Positions 25,290 through 41,304 of a stretch of DNA of 64,000 nucleotides are shown here, piece by piece. The position numbers were made by a program, and so were the translations under genes. Location of the stretch: positions 11,594,001-11,658,000 of the forward strand of contig OZ059897.1 of NCBI GenBank assembly GCA_964057225.1. Direction: 5' to 3'. This DNA is from Auanema rhodensis. Lineage: Eukaryota; Animalia; Nematoda. The number at the start of each line of letters is the position of its first letter. Positions within the stretch are counted from its first letter, which is position 1. The notes beneath the pieces were generated by a model. The model was not told where the DNA came from, did no database searches, and was given only the letters and a program-made list of their open reading frames with translations.

Positions 25290-25730
25290 ATGGCTGACGA
25301 TATCAAAAAGGCTGGTAAACAAATAGGTTTCTTATATTTTTAATATATTTTTTTAATATTAATATGCTTTTTTACATATTTATTATTCAGCTAAAGAAGT
25401 CGAAACTGCTGTTGACAAGGGCATTAGTTCGGTCAAAACTGGAGCTTCCAAAACTGGTCATAAAATTTTAAAATTAAAATATTATTCATATAAATTGTAA
25501 TTTCAGCTGATGCTGGAGCAAATGTTCTAGGAAAAGGTATTTTACTTCACATAATACGTAGAATATACTATTTTTCTAGGAGCTGATGCTTTAAATAATG
25601 GAAAGAAGAAGTTACAAAAATCCAGTGGAAATAAGGGTAATGAGCATATGTTTTGCAATTTAATATCAATTTTCATATTCCAGGCATTAAAGGCAAATTC
25701 GAAAATTTGTTGAAGAAATTTAAAAAATAG
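25290..25730 (+). CDS. Small Lys/Ala/Gly-rich orphan peptide (LEA-like composition) with a cationic C-terminus; 5' end uncertain
   Basis: Five exons joined by phase-1 GT-AG introns give MADDIKKAAKEVETAVDKGISSVKTGASKTADAGANVLGKGADALNNGKKKLQKSSGNKGIKGKFENLLKKFKK*. A signal-like stretch at 25139 (MSLYIFLFFFL) could not be joined in frame. Confidence 0.65.
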
Positions 25731-25918
25731 TAAATCTCTATTACAAATGTCTATACATAGTGATAATATTACTTATACATATACATATATATATATATAT
25801 ATATTCATGTACATTTTATTTAAAAAATAAACATATCCCTATTGAAAAAAATATTGAATTACAACTAATAAATAAAATATATTATAATATAATTAAGATA
25901 GAAAATAAAATAATAGTT

Positions 25919-28476
<2,558 letters not shown>

Positions 28477-30111
28477 GTTGAGTACAAGACAGTATATCGA
28501 TCGTGCAGAGTTATATAGTTATCCGATTAAAATAGATAAGGAAAAAATGTTTGACCAATATCTTTATTCAAGCCACTGTTTGTGGAAGCAGTTAGAAATC
28601 ATGAACTATTCAGCAACACTTGGTAGAACGAGGAACTAAAAATAAAGTTTGAATTAGTACCTTAATAGTATTCGATGATTAAAAAATAAATGATTAAATG
28701 AATCATTTATTATATTCAAACACGTGAGGATATGAGCAATTTTAGAGAAGTGGATACCTCAACGAGATAAAAAATCAAAAGTGAAAGCAATAAGTCTTCC
28801 CCTTCACCTTTCTTCAAACCGTATTTGTTCTCTTCACCTTGTTGTATTTTCGTATTATCTGTTGCTCTCTCTTTCTATCCACTTATACTATTCCTAATGG
28901 TCAAACAATTAGCAAAACGAATTCAAAATAAATGTTTATCCACGAGGAAATGGTTGTGAGAAGTTGGTTAAACCTCCATCAGATACAGAAATGTTTGTTT
29001 ACCTTATAAACATGGCTCCTTTAATTCAATTTTATTTATGTATATGTCATTGATGAGAATACTTTTATATTTCAGTTGACTCATGAATCCTTTTCTATCT
29101 ACATATGAATTACGTTTTCTTCGAAGTTCTGCTTATTGACTGTTCTGACACAACTTATGAAAAACAAATTCTTTCCAGGGGTTAGCTTATTCAAAATTTT
29201 TCAGTTTTTGGCTTCTTTGAAAGCTAAACTCAGCTAATCAAAAATATGAAAAGAAAGTTAAACGTAGAATTTTATGAAAAATAATAAAAAATATTTGGAT
29301 GGAGAAACAGTTCTAAACATTCTTAGGAATTTTGATCAGCTAGTTTCATTCTAGTACGTTATTATCATTGAATCGAATTATTTATTACTAGAGAGAAACT
29401 ATAAATATTTAATTATAGGTTAAAAATCCAGAGAAAAAAGTTCATTTCGTATTCAGATTCAGAATTGCTAATAGAAATATTTTATTTTCTTCAAGGATTT
29501 GAAGGAATTAATAACTGGAAATTCAAAATATATATTTATATATGTATATTATACGTAAACGTTGATTTGTGTAAATAGATATACATGTACATAGTTTGTA
29601 CTAAACCAGTATATTTACTAAGTTATAATCGATGTTCTTGAAATATGTTATTGGAAAAACGTTGCAAACAACTAATATCTTTTAAATAATTTGAATGCAT
29701 ACTTCATAATAATCTTAGTCTATTCTCGAAAATATTTAATTTTAATAAAACGGTATACACATAGGTAATAAACTTTTACTTAAGTCTTTGGCATCGTACA
29801 CAATCCTTACAAGGAAGTTATACAAAAAGATTATATTCGGTATAAAGGAATCTTTGGAAAAACAAGCTTATCAACAGCGTCTATGTTATGCAAGTGAATT
29901 GAGAAACATGTAAAATAGAGGAATGCAGAAATATTATGTAATTTGTTAGATACCTTCAAAGCAGAAAACTGAAAAAGAGTCAATGAAATTAGCTGCACTA
30001 ACGGAAAAATGAGCACAGATGTATTAGAAATCTAAAAAATGACTAGTAGCTATACTTAAATGACTAAACCTCATGAAAGAACATTAATATTATGGAAAAG
30101 GAGAACTGAAT

Positions 30112-33100
30112 TTATACGATTGTATCTTCGCCTACGGTTATATAAGTGACATTATTAGCCCCTTGTACCACTCGGGCTCCGTGTATTGATGAGTCATGCT
30201 GAAAATCGTTCTATTTATATCAAAAATGAAAGCAAAACCAACAGATTCCAGGGGTTCTGGAGAATAATCATCATCTGCACGAACAATTGTTACATCTCGT
30301 CCAGAATGCTCATCCCGAATAGAAGCGGTTCTTCCACCCAGTTGTCGATCAAAACTATGTTTTGATGGCCTGAAATATGTTCATTAAACTTTCAGCCAAA
30401 CAAGCCTTAAAAGCCAAAAAAATATTGAAGCATTACTCCCGGATAAAGCATAGGTGAAAAATAAAACAAATAAAGACCAACTACGCAACTAAGGATTGAA
30501 AACAAAATGAAAACACATGCTTACCCATTTAAACCCTTACTAGTTGGTACATATGCTCGAGCATGATGAAGATCTGTTGGAGGAGTAGTGTTTCGGGAAA
30601 GCTTTCTGGAAGGTATCTGGAAAGATCACCGTAAACATGAATACAAAATGCTTGTACTTACTTCAAAAGGAATGGGCTTCTGAAAGGGAACTTCTTTTTG
30701 CTCATGATAAGCCGAAGAATTATGTCCTAAACTTCTAAAACTGCTAGTTGCACCTCGAGCGGGGTCTCTGGGAATTCTGGAAATTACCTTCGTAATATAT
30801 TTTAGTTATTATATTTCTACAAACCCTGGCTGAGGAGTTTTGGAGCCAACCGGAGGCTTGGGCTTTTTCTTCCGAGAATATGGGGATCTACTGCTTGCTG
30901 AAAATAAATTATGAGACTTTTTGTATTAATTTTATTCCACATTCAAAGGAGAAATGTAATTTAATTTAGCACTCTTGAGGAGAATGCGTTTTCAATCTGC
31001 GTTCATGCAATGAACTTTTTTTGCTAATAATAAAGTGATATCCCAAAACATACCATGAGCCACACTGTGTCTAGACTGTATTTCGGATATTTCTTCTCTA
31101 ATAGAGCATAAAGGCTTCATTAGTATGGGACCCAAATGCTTAGTTGGTCTCTCAGGTAGATCAGTCTCCCTCGGTGGAGGAGGAATATGTAATTTATCGC
31201 TCTGAAATTCGTGACAGTGAGATAAAATAAACTCAGAAGACTGACTTTAAGTTTGGTCAGCGTTTCATTCAAAGATAAAATAACGGCATCATCTGAGAAC
31301 ATGAAGTTTTCCGCAATTCTAATTTGAATAAATTCCATAAAAGTATCTATTTGTAAAGTTTTAATCATCCCTAGAATATATATATATTTTTAAAATATCA
31401 GATCAAGTACGCTTACTTTCATGCATTTTCATGATATTTAGAGCCATAGCTATAAGTATGCTTTCACCTTCCAATAGATATACATCCCAAACTCTGAACC
31501 AGACATGCCTCAAAAAAAAGGAAAAAAGATTATCACCTCAAAGCAAGAGCAAATGGAATACGATCTAAAAAACATCCAAACCACCATTTCGTTAAATATA
31601 TGTACGGAATATCTTGTTTTTCCTGACAAAGCATTGAAAATGAATATTTTATGAACGAAAGAATTACCAAATGTTTATAGATTCGAGGCTTGTACTTTTT
31701 CAGTACTTTCTTGAAGTGAGCTTCAAACCGAGTTAACTTAGGAAAACCAGGTACAAAAAACCCTGCAAATTAAGAGAAAATGATCCATGTTAAAAAGTTT
31801 ATAATATTACCGTGCATCAAATGTTTTTCATTCACCATTAACGAGTGAAGACACCAAAAAGTATCTTCTTCATCTAAATACATCAGGAAAAGAGCAGCTA
31901 ATTGACTCATGCCTGCAAATTTTTTTAATAAATCTCGAGTCCCATAGAATAAAAACCTTGGCAATATCCAACTTCTGTATTATACATGGAATAAGCAGCT
32001 AAAACATTTAAAAGAGATTGTTGCCTGAATAGAATTAGTATCAGAAATTAAATTATGGAAAGGATAAGTTACTTCACACTATAGCGACGTCGGAAAGCCT
32101 CATGGTCTCTATATGTTCTGTTTATATCCAAATCAATTTGTTTAATATCTTTGCTAACCAATCTAGCACGAAGTAACAAATTCTGAAATTCAACTTTTCC
32201 GAAAAATAAAGTAATTATACATACTGCATATGCATCTTTGTTTTCATTCTTCATTTTGTGGATGCCGAGAAGACGTGGCCATATCTAGATTGAGAAATCA
32301 TAAAAATGAACTAATAAAAACGAAACTACTTTTGTTCTATACTCAGGCGGTATACCCTTCCAAGTTCGTTCTGTTAATTTTTTGGGGATGGTTCCGTTTT
32401 GTAATGCCTTGAATAAAGTCGAAAATAAAAATATTCAACAAAGAACAATGAAACCTCTTCCATTATTCTCCACTTCTTGACTCTTCGCATCTTTTGTTCA
32501 AGTTGTCGCTTTCGTAATCTTTCAGCATCACTAAGCTCGCTTTCATTTTTACTTCAAAAAAAAATTGAAATTTTGGACTATGAATAAAACACTCACTGTA
32601 AAAAGCCAAACCTATCCATTTTTTTATAAAGATCAGAATTTGGATTCTCCCAGTCATCAATATTGGTACCATCAGGACCCTGAAAACACTCATGCATGTT
32701 TAATAATCATAAAGCTTTAGTCTGTTCACCTCTAAATATTTCTTAATGATGGCTTCCCTCTCCTGAATTTCGACAAATTGAGGATCATCTGCTTCTTCCT
32801 CACTGGTATATTGGTTATCATCATCTAAAATTGCAACATAAAGAAGAGTTTTATGAAGAGAGTATATGAACCTATATCATCTTTATTCCCATTTTCCTTA
32901 CCGTCCATTATTAACCGCGGAATACTTTTACAACTTCTACTTAGTTTACCCGCGGCTTTTAACGGATCACTCAACGTGCTTTGCAACTGTTCTTTCATTC
33001 GAAGACTTGCATGCCTTATAAGAGGGCTCAGTTCATTACTGAGAAGAACATTTGATGTCTCTTTGGCTTTTTCTAAGCCACGTCGGAAAGATGATGTACG

Positions 33101-34707
33101 TGAAATAGATGGGGAAGATCCAACAACTTCTTCAACAACTATTTGCCGTCTTCTTATGACAGGACTACATTTGTCAGAATCGTCGGCCATTGAGATATCA
33201 CAAGGCCTATCACAGAAGAAGTTAGAAAGGAAAACTCAAAAAGATGGAAAAGTGAAAACAACACGACTGAGATAGAGCAGAATATAGATCAATTCAAATT
33301 CGCTAACTCATGGATTCATCGTGAGAAATATAGTTGCGACACGGAATGAATAGAAAAACTATAGAGCGACCACATAGATGAAGTAAATAAGTAGGAATGA
33401 AATATAGAAAATTTGGCAAAGAAAGATAAGCTGCATGCCATACGATGAATAATTCGGGTAGTCTATGGCCAACTTGGGTCATGCCCCTCTTAGATCAAGA
33501 TGACATTTATTAGACATAGAAGGATATATTAGGATTACCACATGATTGAACGAAAAAAAACTATCAATGAACTTCTGCAAGTGCATGAAGACGTTATAAT
33601 TAAAAAATATGAAAACGGAAGATGTATTTTTCATCACTATATTTGATATAAGCTGTCACACGAAGCCTAATCCTAGTTTCCGAGACAAAATATAGAAGAT
33701 CACCATGGACACAGCTTCGTAAGAAGGATTTGTGGCCAGTAAAATGTTTAAAAGAAAGAAATTAAAAGAAAGAAAGAAAGAAAGTGGTTTAACAAAATAA
33801 ACTTTTCAAACTTTGAGGTGTTATGAATTTCTGAAGAAAAAAAACACTAGTTGGATATTAGAAAAAAAAATATTTAATGAAGGAAAGAAGCATGTTCACA
33901 CGGGGGGGATTAAACGAAGAAAATCGAATTTTCTTATTATGACCCGCCTCTCTTTAAAAGAAAATGAGAAATATTGAATGAAAGCTCCACCTGCAGTTCC
34001 GGGCTGATAAATATCCGCCTGAGAATCACTTCCGTCGTCTAATATATCAGTTTCTTTATAATCATATTCCTCGGGGACATTAAAGTAATTTTGCTTATCA
34101 GTGTCATACAGTTCTCTTAAACAAGCATAATTTTCATAAATTTCTATTCTTCGCGGTTCTAATAATCTTACCTGTTAGTGCAAGAATAGGAAACTGAAGA
34201 AATGTCATCATCCCTATTTCTTAGTCCATTCTAAACATCTAAATATATCATGTTTATTTGCAATGAATACCTGATAGTCCTGTGACGTGTAATTTTGGTT
34301 ATTTGCAGGGAGTTCAACTCTAAAACAAGATATATTATTCAAATATACTAACTAAAGATAAATTAAATTTACCTAGGTCTTCGATCAAGTACGCTTGATG
34401 ATATAGAACGCGATTGATTTTGGTGAACCTGTAAATTACATGAGTAATATTCCCTTTATAAATAATACGAACAGCTATGTTATCATGATTACTCCCATAC
34501 TGAATATCAGAGAATGGTACATGCACGCGTTGCCGATCGTTTATCGTTCGATCGTCATTGGGAGGATGCACTTTGATGTGACCAGCACGCCTTGAAAAAA
34601 AAAACTTAATTTTATTTTTCCAACATTCTTATTTACTCTCGCGAATTCGCAGTGGAATCATCATTATGCCACTGGACAGACACGAGCCTCGCAGTGCTAT
34701 TATCCAT
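30112..34707 (-). CDS. tbc-17: TBC-domain Rab GTPase-activating protein, USP6NL/RN-tre type; alternative first exon starting at 33190
   Basis: Dual-finger motifs [13 protein letters not shown] and GYCQGMSQ, plus EEDTFWCL and [13 protein letters not shown]. Both 5' exon sets end in phase 1 and splice to the exon at 32825. The exact 3' end is approximate. Confidence 0.85.
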
Positions 34708-35472
34708 TCCAACTTATCCGGACATAGATGTTCTGAAAAGTTTGATTAATTTGATAATTCATAAGAATAGCATAGTGGTGGGCAAATTCAGAAAATGTTA
34801 TCTAATGGTTGATATACATGAAATGGGAACATATATTTGAAACCAACAGGAAGAATGAAAGATTTTAATGAAAAAAATAAGATATGTTGGAATTAAATAG
34901 AAATAACGATTATATGGGTGTATCAGCTTAGAGGAGAGGCGAAGGATAAAAAGCGAGAAAATATGAAGTAGCAATTTAATCAAATAAGGAATCAGTTTTA
35001 GTTTTTTTTAAAAAATGTTACAGTAAAAATATTAATAATTACAATTATAAAAAAGAAATAAGAAATATAATCAACCAAATAACAAAAAAATTACTGAAAT
35101 ATTAGAAATAGTTGCAAATTGATAACTACAATATTGGGTGATGACGATAGGACGTTGGTCACAAAGTCAAAAATCGGAAAAACAAACACTCACAGAGAAA
35201 ACATTGCACGACGTAAGAAAATATATGCATGTTATCGTGAACTCACAGAAAAGAAGTAAGTGAAAACGAAACGTAAAGTTATAAAAGTTCAAATACGTGA
35301 TTGGAGAAACAACCAAGATCCTGAATTAAATATTCGTTTAAAAAAGATTTATGCACATCAACTAACAACGTATTCACCCTGCTCACCGACAACGGTTGGA
35401 ACAAGAAAAAACAACTAAACAACATCAGAAAAACAAAAAAAAAACTATATTAACAAACTAGATCACACACTA

Positions 35473-37244
35473 TCACTTATTTATTGATAAACTCTGTTCT
35501 AAACGTTTAGTAAGGTTTTCTAATTTCTCTGAAAGAGGCTTTTTCTGTTCCTCATTTCTTCCAGTATTGCTTATAACCATAAGGATCATTAACAAAGGCA
35601 GGTACAACAAACTGTAAAATATAAAATAAATTAAGAAGAACTTTTGAATAACCTGAAGAAGAAAAGTCGTCTAGAATTTTGAGCATCTGGGGTTTTGTAG
35701 AACTTGTACGATAAATAACAGAGATAAGCATTAAGCGGTATCGAATCTGAATTTATTGAATCTGAATGACAAAAGAAAAAATCTTACCAAGAGCAAAAGT
35801 AATGGTTGTTAAATCAGTTAAGGGCGCTGCGATAGAGCATAATCCCACAAGAGCAAGTGAGTGTCTTAATGAAGTTACTCGACACAGTTTTTCGTCTGTT
35901 ACGCACATAACACGGTAGCCAGCCTAGAAATGCTTTCGATAAAAATAATATTGAGTTAAAAGAAATTGGATTTAACTTATAAAGTATAATAAGAGCTGAA
36001 ATATAATGATATATTTGATAAGTAAACGAAAGTGTAAATGATGAAAACAAATCATTTTAAAACAAAAGAAGTTACAATTTAAAGAAAAACATGTGCATAT
36101 ACAAAAATATATACATGTTGAAATATTTGATTCCGTTAAAACGGCTCACAGAATAACAAATTCAGTTATAAAATAGAGAATATGAATAAAAAATACTCAC
36201 TTTGCTGTAGTCTCCTCTTAAATTCCAACTTAATCCATTAAAATGAGGAAATTGCCAGGAGTAGAGAATTACAGCTAAACAAGCTGCAGCCCAATCCAGA
36301 GTACCAGCCGCCGCTGCATAACCCATCATGGGAGGAATAGCGCCCACCTGAAAGTTAAGAAATTTTTAAGAAGATGATTGCTTATTTCATACAACGGCAC
36401 CGGCCCATGTGCATCCAATGTGCATTCTTTTCGATGGAGTGTAGACACCAGCATATAAGAAAAGATTCAAAGCACCCAAGGCTGCAGTTAATGGGTTACA
36501 AAAATAATGCAAAATTCCGTATCCTGTAGCTGAGCAAACTCCAGCGAATGATAAAGCGTGCAAAGGAGAAAATCTAAATATACAGGGTTTTATATAGAAA
36601 GAAATACTTCAGAAATGAAACCTATGAACAACAAGAACGCGACTTTGGGTTCGCTTCATTTGGGCATCATAAGGAGCCTCCAGTAGCTGATTACAAGCAT
36701 TAGCTGCCGATGATAGCAAGGCAGTTCCAGCAGTACAAGCAGCTAACGAAGTCAACGATATCGAAGCAGGAGTCATATAACATCCAGCAACAGCTTAAAA
36801 AAATTAATCTAATATAATTGAAAAAAACGTCTAGCTACCAGTCGATGTAATAAGTAAAGTAAGTTTTGACTTTGACAATTGTAAATAAGCTGACATTAGA
36901 CCTTTTGGTTCCATTTTCGCCCATTCTTTCAAATGTGTATCACCAACTTAATAATAAACTGATGAAACAATAAATAGAAAACAAAATACCTATTAGATTT
37001 ACTTCCTTTTTTCTAGGTCTTTTCTTACTTAAATCGAGTAACGGAGGAGAAACCGATTGTTGAGTACCCGATAAGGGCATCTCATCTATGTGAGGTTTAG
37101 CCTATTAATAGTTAAATTAGGCCAACAATTATACTTTTTTAAAGTTACTTTAGGTAGTCCATTTCGAGAGAGAGAACTATGGATAGCTGCAGTACTAGTA
37201 GAAGGATAGACTAACGTTCTAAGAAGAATATTTCTCCCTAGCAT
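35473..37244 (-). CDS. cox-10: Protoheme IX farnesyltransferase (heme O synthase)
   Basis: Motifs [87 protein letters not shown]. The N-terminus looks like a mitochondrial targeting peptide. Confidence 0.95.
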
Positions 37245-37522
37245 TACGTCCCTGCTATGCTTATCTCTATATTTCTAAAGTTCAACACTTCTTTCCCAAC
37301 ATTTAGAGGATTTCACCTGCAAAATTAAAGAAATATTAAAAACTCTAAATTAACTAAAAAGACAAAGCATATGCAGCTGTATAAAAAAACAATATTGGTT
37401 TTGTTGCAAAGCAAATTACGTACAAAGTTTTCAATTGTACGTGATTTTTTTTAGAATAGAATTTTTTTGATAATTAAATTAAGTTATTGGATTATTTTTG
37501 TTATATTTGATATTTTTTGTAG

Positions 37523-39307
37523 ATGAAGGTGAAAGTGCTTTCAAGAAATCCTGATGATTATCAAAGAGAAACCAATAAGGATATTCACAAGCGTAAGGAA
37601 ACTGAACTAATCCACCACAATTTATTTTACCATTATTTGCAGTTGTAAGAAATTGGAATGCGCCTGAAGATCCTTTTCGTGCTCAAACTGAGTATACACG
37701 TGCAATGAATGCAACAAAATTAGAACGAGTTTTTGCTAAACCGTTTGTTGCTAGTTTTGATGGACACATGGAAGGAGTTCACATCTTAGCAAAACATCCA
37801 GGTACTTTTTAACCTGCAAATATATTATCTATTAATTCTCATTTTCAAAGATCGTCCATCTATTGTTTTGTCTGGTGCTCGCGATGGGCAAGTTAAAATA
37901 TGGTCACTTCCCAATCGGGAATGTTTATCAACAATACAAGCGCATCATGGAAATTTGAACGGTATTTACCTTTTTTAGTCTCAACATTTATTTTAAATTT
38001 TTAGGGATATCTGTTGATGTTGCTGCTGGTAACGGATTTGTTACCGTTGGATTAGATGAACAAATCAAGTATTGGAATCTTGGTCATCCAGTAGAATCTA
38101 AAGTAACAGAACCGTTGCATTCTATTCCGCTCGGAGGTAAATATTAACAACTTTGTCAGTTGTAGTATTTTTTATCAGGGGTTGCTTACACTGTTTCTCA
38201 TTTGGCCCAGTCTTCGGATTTTGCAACTTGTGGAGAAGGAGTCAGTGTTTGGAAAATCAATAGGTTTTTTATTTTTAAGAAAATTAAATATTTTAGTATA
38301 TTTCAGAGACTCACCAGTTCGTCATTATGATGTTGGGCCTAACACTGTCCACGCTATGAAAGCAAACCCTATTGAAGAAGCCGTTATTTTAGGAGCCACC
38401 AGTGATCGCTCCATCTTTGCTATAGATACTCGTCAGAAAACTCCACTGAAAAAGGTAAGCTATATTTCTTTCATTTCATGCCTTATTCGTTTAGGTTACC
38501 ATGAAATTACGACCTAATGCATTTGCATGGAATCCAATCGAAGCATATACATTCGTTGTAGCTAGTGATGATTACAAGTCAGTATTTTTATATTTTTGTT
38601 TTGACATTTTTGTTTAGTTTATATACTTTTGATATGAGATATTTGTCGCAACCCAAATATATGCACAATGGACATACATCTGCAGTAGTTGATGTTGATT
38701 ATGCTCCTACTGGTCAAGAGTTTGTATCAGGATCCTTCGATAGAACTGTTAGAATATATAGAGCTAGTGAAACTCGTTCTAGGTATGTTGCAATTAAATA
38801 TTCAATGTTTTTAATAAAAAAATTTTTAGAGACATATATCATACTAAGAGAATGTCCAATGTTCTCTCTGTATTGTGGTCGATGGATAATAAATTTGTAT
38901 TTTCTGGTAGTATTGAAATGAACGTTCGTATTTGGAAATCAAAGTCTGCAGAGAAGATAGGACCGGTGAGATCTACAATACAGTACTGAGAAAATAATTA
39001 TTTTTAAGCTTGCACCACGTGAGAAAGCTGCGTTTGAGTACAACGAGAAATTACGCGAGCAGTACAAAGATCATCCAGAAATTCGCCGTATTGCTAATCA
39101 TAGACCTGTTCCCAAGAGTGTTCTCAGGTTGAAACATTTATTCTTTCTGTACATATTAAAATTCATTTCAGTGCACGTCGGGAACATGAGATTATTCGCA
39201 AATCTCATTCAAGAAAGGAATACAATAGAAGGAAGTCTACAAATAAAGACGAAGATGTAGAATTTGTTCCAGCTGTTAAGAAATCTATGGTAACTCCGAT
39301 AGATTAA
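37523..39307 (+). CDS. dcaf-13: DCAF13/SOF1 WD40 U3-snoRNP protein
   Basis: MKVKVLSRNPDDYQRET, EYTRAMNATKLERVFAKPF, DYAPTGQEFVSGSFDRTVRI, IYHTKRM, HPEIRRIANHR. Confidence 0.95.
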
Positions 39308-39479
39308 GAATGATCTTATGTACATTTTGTTGCTTATATTTGTTTTTGTTATGTTTTGTTGTTGCACAATTTATGAAATCTTGAAGAAACTAATAAATGC
39401 CTTAATGTTAGTATATCTTTTATTGTTACATCACAGAAAGTTTTCCGAAGTGTATTTCACTCGGTCACATTTTATATTT

Positions 39480-40834
39480 CTACTGTCGAGCTTTTGTACA
39501 AAATTCCGGCAAGCAATCTTTCAAAGACTGTGGAATAGATGTTACATAATCCTAAAATAAATTGAATTAAATTTCTCTAGCTTAATGTATATTTTTTTAC
39601 TTGATGAGAGACCCAATTAGCGGTAGCTAAAACGCCACCAGTATTGTTCTTTTGAACGTTTTGGTTGTATACTATTTTTCTACCAGAAATATCTGATAAT
39701 CTTCCACCTTAAGTAGGGTGATATTAACGATTAATATGGGCAAACACACCTGAAGCTTCAAGTACTGCTTCAACTGCACAAGTATCCCATTTTTTACATC
39801 CTGCACTAGCAAAAACATAAGCAGCACATCCTTCAATAATCTTTATTACCTGAAAAACAAACTCAATATCATTTTACAATTTAAAAAAACCTTATATCCA
39901 GCACCGCCGACTTTAAGAACTTGATCAGCCAAACCTTCTGTTTTCAGCGCAGTTAATGCACTTAGCACAGATTCTGACAAGTGACTTCTAGTTGTTACCA
40001 CTATTTTCTCTGATTGAGCTAAAATCACTCGATCATTCGTTGCAATAATAAACTCAAAGTACCAGCAGCGGGTTTAATTCCATGCACACCACATCCTTCA
40101 ATTGCCCAAATAGTTCTACCTATTTGATTAAAATAGGGCTGGTGTATTATACCGGCAATAGGTCTTCCCTGGTAAGCTACGCCGATCAGAACAGTTACTT
40201 GTTCCAATAAAGCTGAAATCGTCATTATAGCAAATTTCATTCAAATAATATAATTTAGAGATGGTTGATATTCACCTGCGTTTTTGTTCTTTAGAGCTAA
40301 TGCTACTTCTGAAGTGCCATCCAGAGGATCTACCCAGACTACTACCTGTAAATATTTATATAAAAAAAAGTAAAAACAAAGAAAACAACATCTTCTTCTT
40401 TTATAGAATTTATTTCATCAGAACAATTGAGTTGGAGTGGCTTGGCATCAAATGTTGCCTCTATTTCAGGGCAAGCTGTTGTAATGTCCTAAACTAGAAC
40501 ATTAATTATTAAAAAACAAAACAATCCTATACCTCTTCCCCAATAATTTTTATATTAGAAAAGTGTTTTTGAAGTGACTGTACTATGCAAAACTGAGCTC
40601 TTCTATCTGCTTCAGTTTGAAGATCAGCAGGTTGTCCTGCTTCACTTTTATCAATAATTTTCAAATCACCTCCAAGCATCACATTCTGGAGTAAAAATTA
40701 TATGGAAAACTAAAAATTATAATGTATACTTTAATTATGCCTCCTGCAGCTTCGGAGATCTTTATGGAAGAAGCCACAAGACGTGGAACAAAACTTGCAC
40801 TAGTCCACAATGCCATGAGTTGATCGTCATTCAT
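39480..40834 (-). CDS. bpnt-1: 3'(2'),5'-bisphosphate nucleotidase
   Basis: [63 protein letters not shown]. An alternative start is possible at 40816. Confidence 0.93.
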
Positions 40835-41304
40835 TTGAGAATGTTATTGATTTGTTGTTTACCTGTTAACATTAGTAGTAAAGCTACACGAATATCAGCT
40901 CTCGTGAACGGTTATTGATGTAGAAAGGAAACAGAAAACAGAGAGTAGAGAAATTGTTGGGAAGAGAAACAGAGAGTAGAGAAATCAAACTATTCGAAGA
41001 CGTATAAAAATCATGAACACGGATGAAAGGATGGCGCATTCGCGGTGCTCTTTTCTCATTGTCATAAAGCTAGTTATCAAAGTAGAACCAGTAAGCAAAT
41101 CTTTAAATTGTTATGTATAACACCAAAATCGATATGTTTTATATTATAGAAAACCTCTTCATGCATATTACGTAATCGTGGTGTTGTTGTATAAACAAGT
41201 TAAGCGCATGCTTCTATTCCATTTAGTTTAATACAACATAACAAAAATGTTTATTTTAATGAACAAGAAGAAAAGTATTCAAGAAAACATGTTTATTTTG
41301 AGAT

